A stretch of DNA of 64,000 bases, taken from positions 119,505-183,504 of the forward strand of contig CAMBFC010000002.1 of assembly GCA_945865905.1 (NCBI GenBank). Direction: 5' to 3'. Positions 58,350 through 64,000 of the stretch are shown here, one piece after another. The translations under genes and the position numbers were made by a program. The DNA comes from Rickettsia typhi. GTDB lineage: Bacteria > Pseudomonadota > Alphaproteobacteria > Rickettsiales > UBA1997. Positions within the stretch are counted from its first letter, which is position 1; each line of letters begins with the position of its first letter. The notes under the pieces were generated by a model, which saw only the letters and a list, made by a program, of their open reading frames with translations, ran no database searches and was not told the DNA's origin.

Positions 58350-60255
58350 AAAAGATATTGATGGGTTAATAGCCCTAGCGGTTCTAGCTGTCGTGATCTT
58401 TCATTATTTTCCCAAAATTCTAAGAGGCGGATTTTTTGGCGTTGATGTATTTTTTGTTATTTCGGGATTCTTAATTTCAAGCATCATACTTAAATCTCTT
58501 GAGGCAAATAATTTTAGTTTTATAGATTTCTACTTCCGCAGAATAAAAAGAATTTTCCCAGCCTTAATAGCAATGCTTCTGTTTTGTATCATTGCTGGGT
58601 GGTTCTTTTTGCTGCCCGATGAATATTCGATGCTTGGCAAACACATTATTTACTCCACCTTCTTTGCCACGAACATAGGTCTATTACAAGAAAGCGGTTA
58701 TTTTGATATTGCCTCAAACAGCAAGCCGCTACTACATTTGTGGTCTCTTGGGGTTGAAGAGCAATATTACTTATTTTGGCCGATAATTCTGATTTTTGTT
58801 TATCGCGCAAGAAGCCTCTTACTTCCAACAATATTAATTTTCATTATAATTTCTTTTATACTTTCTTTTGGCTCGAATAAAGATCTTGTCTTCTTTATGC
58901 CTTATACTCGCCTCTGGGAATTCACAATGGGTGCAATGTCCCCATTTTTTAAACAAAAAATTACTTCCAAAAACCGTAATTACGGCAGCCTACAAAATAC
59001 AGGCTCAATATTAGCTCTATTAATGCTGGTTATTGCACTTAGACATAAAAACTTCGACCATTATGGTCTTTTATTAACAATAGCTGGAACATTTTTATTA
59101 ATTTCCTTAGAAGGCAAAGCATTTATTAATACAAGAATTCTAAGCAGTAAATCGATGATTTATATTGGCCTAATCAGCTATCCTCTGTATCTATGGCATT
59201 GGCCTATTCTTGTAATACTATCTCTTTACAAAGAAAATGTTACGAATATCGACAAATTAATCGCATTTTTTATATCTTTTATTTTGTCTTGCGCCACCTA
59301 TGAATTTCTTGAAAAGAAATTGCGGCACACAAAAAGTAAAGCCATTCCAATAATACTATTATCCATCTTTACCATTATAGGATTTACCGGTTTCTTAATT
59401 CATAAAAATAATGGATTTTACGGCAGATTCAAAAAAGAACTACTGCCTATTATACAACTCAAAGCAAATTCAAAAGATGTTCGATATGAGGAATGTCTTT
59501 TAAACGATAAAAACCAAGATAGCGCTTCATTTGGCAAGAGCTGCCTTGAAGAAGGAGAAAGGCCTCTAATTTTTCTCTGGGGAGACTCCCATTCTGCGCA
59601 TCTTTATCCTGGATTACTCAACCTACAAAAACATGGGGAAAACTTTAGGTTAGGACAATTCAATATAGGCTCCTGCCCTCCAATCTTAGGCAAAGAATTT
59701 AATAAATTTGGGAATAAGTTTTGCGAAACAAATAATAATTATGTATTCAATAAAATTTTATCATCAAAACCCAATACTGTGATTCTATCATTTTCTCTTG
59801 CGGCGCTATCTCATCAAGACCTTCAAAAACTCAACGATACAATTCAATTGCTCAAAAAAAACAAAATTAAGAAAATAATCCTAATTGGCACAATGCCATT
59901 ATATAAAATATATACCGGTAAAGAAAAGGGCAACTTTAAGAAATTTTTATTGAAAATTAGCAAAGATAATGGTCTTGCGCAAAGAAATAAAATTGGCATA
60001 AGTAATTTAGATGAGGAAGAAGTAATTCTTAAAACAATAGCGAAGCAAAATGGAATAACCTATGTTTCAATTATAGACTTGCTGTGCAACGAAGAGGGGT
60101 GCATGATAACAACAGATGAGGCGGGTCAAGATATACTAACCTACGACGGCGGCCATCTAACGACTTTTGGATCAATATTTGTAATAAATTCTATATCAAA
60201 AATAATATTACCACCAAAGCAGCCTCAGAAAAGCATTATGCATGAGTTGCGGTAA
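58330..60255 (+). CDS. Acyltransferase-3 fused to an SGNH domain (OafA-like O-acetyltransferase)
   Basis: YRKDIDGL, GVDVFFVISG, RRIKRIFP, HLWSLGVEEQYY, SYPLYLWHWP, GDSH, DGGH. Confidence 0.92.
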   Translation: MKHLSYRKDIDGLIALAVLAVVIFHYFPKILRGGFFGVDVFFVISGFLISSIILKSLEANNFSFIDFYFRRIKRIFPALIAMLLFCIIAGWFFLLPDEYSMLGKHIIYSTFFATNIGLLQESGYFDIASNSKPLLHLWSLGVEEQYYLFWPIILIFVYRARSLLLPTILIFIIISFILSFGSNKDLVFFMPYTRLWEFTMGAMSPFFKQKITSKNRNYGSLQNTGSILALLMLVIALRHKNFDHYGLLLTIAGTFLLISLEGKAFINTRILSSKSMIYIGLISYPLYLWHWPILVILSLYKENVTNIDKLIAFFISFILSCATYEFLEKKLRHTKSKAIPIILLSIFTIIGFTGFLIHKNNGFYGRFKKELLPIIQLKANSKDVRYEECLLNDKNQDSASFGKSCLEEGERPLIFLWGDSHSAHLYPGLLNLQKHGENFRLGQFNIGSCPPILGKEFNKFGNKFCETNNNYVFNKILSSKPNTVILSFSLAALSHQDLQKLNDTIQLLKKNKIKKIILIGTMPLYKIYTGKEKGNFKKFLLKISKDNGLAQRNKIGISNLDEEEVILKTIAKQNGITYVSIIDLLCNEEGCMITTDEAGQDILTYDGGHLTTFGSIFVINSISKIILPPKQPQKSIMHELR

Positions 60256-61027
60256 AATTACCGTCATCGCTATATATGAATAAAAGCGGCTTTGCATTAT
60301 CACCGCACAAAGATTTAACTCCAATCTTTACATAAGCAATTTCATCTCTGATTTTTTTAATATTATATACAGTTTTTTTAATATTTCTGATTTTCATAAA
60401 ATAATAATTTTCATCAATTATTTTATTGCTTTTCGCATCGATTAATTCAGTTCCGGATTCTATTTCCCAAGCCTCTAGCACACTTAATTGATAAACCTCA
60501 ACTCTAATAATATTCTTCGTATTTATAACATATTGAGATACCCAATAATATGGCTTTATTTTATTATAACGATGCAAAGTTAAAAAGTGCTGAGGATGAA
60601 TCAATGCTATAGATTTATCTATTATAGATTGATAAAAGGCATAAAAATGACAATTTAACAGCCCAAGATTTTTGTTTTTATTAGAAAAATTGTTTAGCGA
60701 TAGCGCTTGTGCTGCAAACATACCAATTTTTGGAATATCGCAATTAAATTCTATTTCTGGCTTAATTGCTTTCGAACCAAACTTTGGTAAAGTTATGATT
60801 TTATCTGCCAATAGAGATCCATCGCAATTATAAAGCTCTATCTTGTATTTTGAACTTTCATAAGCATTTTCAGGATCAAAAAATGATGCAGCGTTTGTTA
60901 TCGAAAATTCAGTTTTAATTTTTCCATCATTTAAGAAAAGTTGTACTATTTTGTTATTTTGATTCGCGCCAAAATTCTTATGGAGAAATTTTCTTACCTT
61001 TTTGGGCAATAGTTTTTTTAGCTTCAT
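60236..61027 (-). CDS. Hypothetical beta-rich protein
   Basis: 263-aa ORF, no family recognised. Confidence 0.6.
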   Translation of the reverse strand: MKLKKLLPKKVRKFLHKNFGANQNNKIVQLFLNDGKIKTEFSITNAASFFDPENAYESSKYKIELYNCDGSLLADKIITLPKFGSKAIKPEIEFNCDIPKIGMFAAQALSLNNFSNKNKNLGLLNCHFYAFYQSIIDKSIALIHPQHFLTLHRYNKIKPYYWVSQYVINTKNIIRVEVYQLSVLEAWEIESGTELIDAKSNKIIDENYYFMKIRNIKKTVYNIKKIRDEIAYVKIGVKSLCGDNAKPLLFIYSDDGNFTATHA

Positions 61028-61034
61028 TGGAGAT

Positions 61035-61886
61035 CTAGAAATTTTTAATAAAATTATCCCTTATTATTTTAATATCCGACGGAGATGCATAATAATATGG
61101 TGGCAATGAATGCTCTATCGCCATATCATGGCTGACAGAATTTCTTAACAAGCTGTAGATTGGATATTGAGAGTTAGAAGCGCTGGCAATAACATTAAAA
61201 AATGTCGCATCCTTACCAAATCTTGTTTCTTTCGGCAAATATTTTTTTAGGTCAAATTTAAATATCGAATTTAGATATATTTTTTCTTGACCAGAATAAA
61301 GCACCTCTCCCGCTTCATTTAAAATCTTTATCAATAAAGGATCAGGATTGATTACACTACCTTCAATCGAGGTATTGAGATTACAAAAATATACATAACA
61401 ATCAATTTCCTCACTAACCCAGCATTTGTGGGCAAGTAAAGCAATGCGACTATACTCTTTTTTATTTGGGATGTGAGGAATTGCATCATATAGCACAGCA
61501 CATGTTTTTGTTTTGTCATTTTTATGATTAAAGAACACAGCCCCTTCTCTAGATGATGTTTCGTGATCTTTTTTATCTTTGTTGTATCTTATATTAATCA
61601 AATATTCTTTGGAGTAATCAAATTCACATTCTAAATCACTAGTTTTTAGTTCATAAAAGCTATGATATGGAACAACAGCATAATCTTGTTTTTCGTAGAA
61701 TTTATTGCCCTTTTCATCGTAGATTATCACATCAAAGGTCATTTCTTTTTTTGACTTATTTGCATTTTCAGAATGCTCGGTCTGACCTGGGAAATTGCGA
61801 ATCATGCATATAAACTCGAGATCGAGAGAAAATCCACTTCCGAAGAGAAAATTATTTCTGATAATCTCCCCACTAGTTATTGACAT
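61035..61886 (-). CDS. Hypothetical beta-rich protein
   Basis: 283-aa ORF, no family recognised. Confidence 0.6.
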   Translation of the reverse strand: MSITSGEIIRNNFLFGSGFSLDLEFICMIRNFPGQTEHSENANKSKKEMTFDVIIYDEKGNKFYEKQDYAVVPYHSFYELKTSDLECEFDYSKEYLINIRYNKDKKDHETSSREGAVFFNHKNDKTKTCAVLYDAIPHIPNKKEYSRIALLAHKCWVSEEIDCYVYFCNLNTSIEGSVINPDPLLIKILNEAGEVLYSGQEKIYLNSIFKFDLKKYLPKETRFGKDATFFNVIASASNSQYPIYSLLRNSVSHDMAIEHSLPPYYYASPSDIKIIRDNFIKNF

Positions 61887-61991
61887 ATTCCATCCGTATA
61901 GTTAATAATGAAGCGCGATCAGCTTAATATGTTTTAGATGCGCGTATAGGAAACCAATTTACAAAACAAAACAACTAAAGTCAAATTCCTT

Positions 61992-63413
61992 ATGAATAGC
62001 TTTATCATTGGATTCTCTGAGGAATGCTCCTTTCCTGAAATTATAGAAAAACTTGTAGAAAATAAAACTATAACAATAGGAGAATGGGTTACCACAAATT
62101 CACGCGGAACCATTGATCTGTTTGATTTCTATTTAGGCAGAACTTTCAATAATCATGATCTTCCCTACAGTGTACCAGACGCAATACTTGAGGAAGTTAA
62201 AAAATATATATTTGAATTTTCCTATGTTAATTCACGCAGCTTTTTATCACACAAATATATCAGTGCGACTCGCAGTGATATATGTCAAGAAACCCACGAG
62301 TTTCATAAATTTGTAAATCTAATTTTTAATATTTTTATCAAGAAACAAATTTCTTTGGTGCTATTTCAAGAAATTCCGCATGATGGGGCAGAAGTTATAC
62401 TTTATCGTCTTGCAAAAGTAATGAAGATAAACACCATAATTCTTGCCAACCTTCCACATTTTTGGGGCAGAACTATACTTTGCTATTCATTAGATGATTT
62501 TGGAAAATTTGATCAAACCCCAGCATTATCTGATGTTGCTGACGATTTCAAATTCAATCAGAAGAAATTTCAATCCAAAATGTTCTACATGAAGCATGTC
62601 GAGGGATATGTAGAAAAAAACAAACTTTTAGAAGATGTTGTTAAAAAACTTGAATCGAAATTGTTTTTTAAAACTTTATTAAAGCCTTTTCTCTCTAAAG
62701 AAAAGTTTCTTAAGTTACAGCTTAAATTTGCCAATGCTATTCTACAAAGAGATAAAATCGCCGAATATAAAAATAACATCGAAAGCATAATTGATAATAA
62801 TCCAGATTTAACCAAAAAATATATTTACTTCGCTCTACATCTTGACCCAGAAGTTCCAACCATGGAAGTTCTTGCTGAGCGCTATTACGATCAAGTTTTT
62901 GCGCTAGAAAAGCTAAGCCAAATAGTCCCCAAGGATGTTATGATTTACGCAAAGGATAATCCGAAACAAACCGATCTTTTTCGACCAGCACAATTTTTTG
63001 ACAGAATAAAAAAATTAAAAAATGTGAAGATGGTGAATGCAAATACAAATAAATTAATCGAAAATTCATGCTGCATCGCAACTATCGCCGGAACTGTGGG
63101 ATGGGAAGCTATTACCAGCGGCAAAAGCATGATTTCTTTTGGAAAGCCTTGGTATAGAGGATTTCCCGGCGTTTTTCCATTTGATGAAATATTAGACATA
63201 AATGAAGTTATAAATTACAAACCAAATATAAATGATATTGAAAAATCCGTACAAAAACTGCTGACAAAAACAAGTGAAGGAATGATTTATTTTGCTTTTC
63301 AAAATAAAGACTATTCTATAAAAGAAATTTACGAAAATTATGATAGATCAGAAAATATAACTAAGCTGACAAGCTCTATTACTAAAATGATTCAACATTT
63401 AAAGCAGAATTAA
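61992..63413 (+). CDS. Capsular polysaccharide biosynthesis protein (KpsS-like GT-B)
   Basis: [11 protein letters not shown]...DQ...IYAKDNP...GTVGWEA...FGKPWY. Confidence 0.75.
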   Translation: MNSFIIGFSEECSFPEIIEKLVENKTITIGEWVTTNSRGTIDLFDFYLGRTFNNHDLPYSVPDAILEEVKKYIFEFSYVNSRSFLSHKYISATRSDICQETHEFHKFVNLIFNIFIKKQISLVLFQEIPHDGAEVILYRLAKVMKINTIILANLPHFWGRTILCYSLDDFGKFDQTPALSDVADDFKFNQKKFQSKMFYMKHVEGYVEKNKLLEDVVKKLESKLFFKTLLKPFLSKEKFLKLQLKFANAILQRDKIAEYKNNIESIIDNNPDLTKKYIYFALHLDPEVPTMEVLAERYYDQVFALEKLSQIVPKDVMIYAKDNPKQTDLFRPAQFFDRIKKLKNVKMVNANTNKLIENSCCIATIAGTVGWEAITSGKSMISFGKPWYRGFPGVFPFDEILDINEVINYKPNINDIEKSVQKLLTKTSEGMIYFAFQNKDYSIKEIYENYDRSENITKLTSSITKMIQHLKQN

Positions 63414-63414
63414 C

Positions 63415-64000
63415 ATGATCATCTTAACTATAATAAACACTCTTGCTTTGGTTTTTATTGCAATACGCTACGCGCGAGGAAAATCAAAAAAAATTAGAGC
63501 TAAAAATATAACACAAGAAGTGAGGTACGGAAAATATTCGAATGTGTCTGGCAATAGCTTTGATGGAATTTGTAGCAACAGAAATACCACTATAGGAAAA
63601 TTTACCTCAATCGCCCTTAATGTAAAAGTTGGATTATCAGAACATCCAACCAGTTTTTTATCTACCCACGGCTTTCAATATCTTGAAAATGCTTTTGGAT
63701 TTATAAATAAAGACAATTTATACGATATTTCTCACCTGAACAAACCATGCAAAATAGGTAATGATATTTGGATTGGTGATGGTGCAAATATCAAGGCCGG
63801 AGTTGAGGTTGGCGATGGGGCAGTTGTTGGAGCTGGGGCAATGGTCACAAAAGATGTTCCTCCTTACGCCATTGTTGGCGGAGTTCCAGCAAAAATAATC
63901 CGATATAGATTTGACGAAAGAACAATTGCAGATTTGCTAGAAATTAAATGGTGGGATTTGCCAGAAGATTTTATTCAAAAACTTCCTTTTGATAATATTA
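63415..64000 (+). CDS. CatB/Vat-related hexapeptide O-acetyltransferase; runs off the window end
   Basis: Not in the ORF track. Manual translation: IGKFTSIA...HPTSFLSTH...IGNDIWIG...[29 protein letters not shown]...KWWD. Confidence 0.9.
   Translation, partial: MIILTIINTLALVFIAIRYARGKSKKIRAKNITQEVRYGKYSNVSGNSFDGICSNRNTTIGKFTSIALNVKVGLSEHPTSFLSTHGFQYLENAFGFINKDNLYDISHLNKPCKIGNDIWIGDGANIKAGVEVGDGAVVGAGAMVTKDVPPYAIVGGVPAKIIRYRFDERTIADLLEIKWWDLPEDFIQKLPFDNI

Overview
AT-rich bacterial DNA that reads as an Alphaproteobacterium of the Rickettsiales (inference from giant rvh-type VirB6 proteins, one carrying the CIEADDFG N-terminal motif, plus ALA synthase HemA, Coq7, ELM1-family and zf-CHCC genes). 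It is metabolically richer than Rickettsia (purA, ribD, ispE, coaD, queF, hemA/B/F). Most of the window is housekeeping genes in a scrambled order. The accessory or unusual parts are: (1) a 1717-aa protein with a duplicated SEL1/TPR-like module and a C-terminal Pol-beta-type nucleotidyltransferase motif, a candidate secreted effector; (2) a Thr-rich mucin-like single-pass membrane protein with no signal peptide; (3) a stand-alone C-terminal third of DnaE with its own start codon and no intein, between uppP and tRNA-fMet, which is either a naturally split replicase or an assembly join; (4) an integrase-less island of about 4 kb at the 3' end of tRNA-fMet, bounded by 27-bp direct repeats and carrying hipBA, a HEPN gene and a DUF2806-like gene; (5) two related palindromic elements of 148 and 160 bp with 36- and 42-bp perfect terminal inverted repeats; (6) the start of a surface-polysaccharide locus whose OafA-like acyltransferase has Ile in place of the essential Arg14. 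No CRISPR array, rRNA or transposase was seen. All family assignments come from motif recognition by eye, not database searches.
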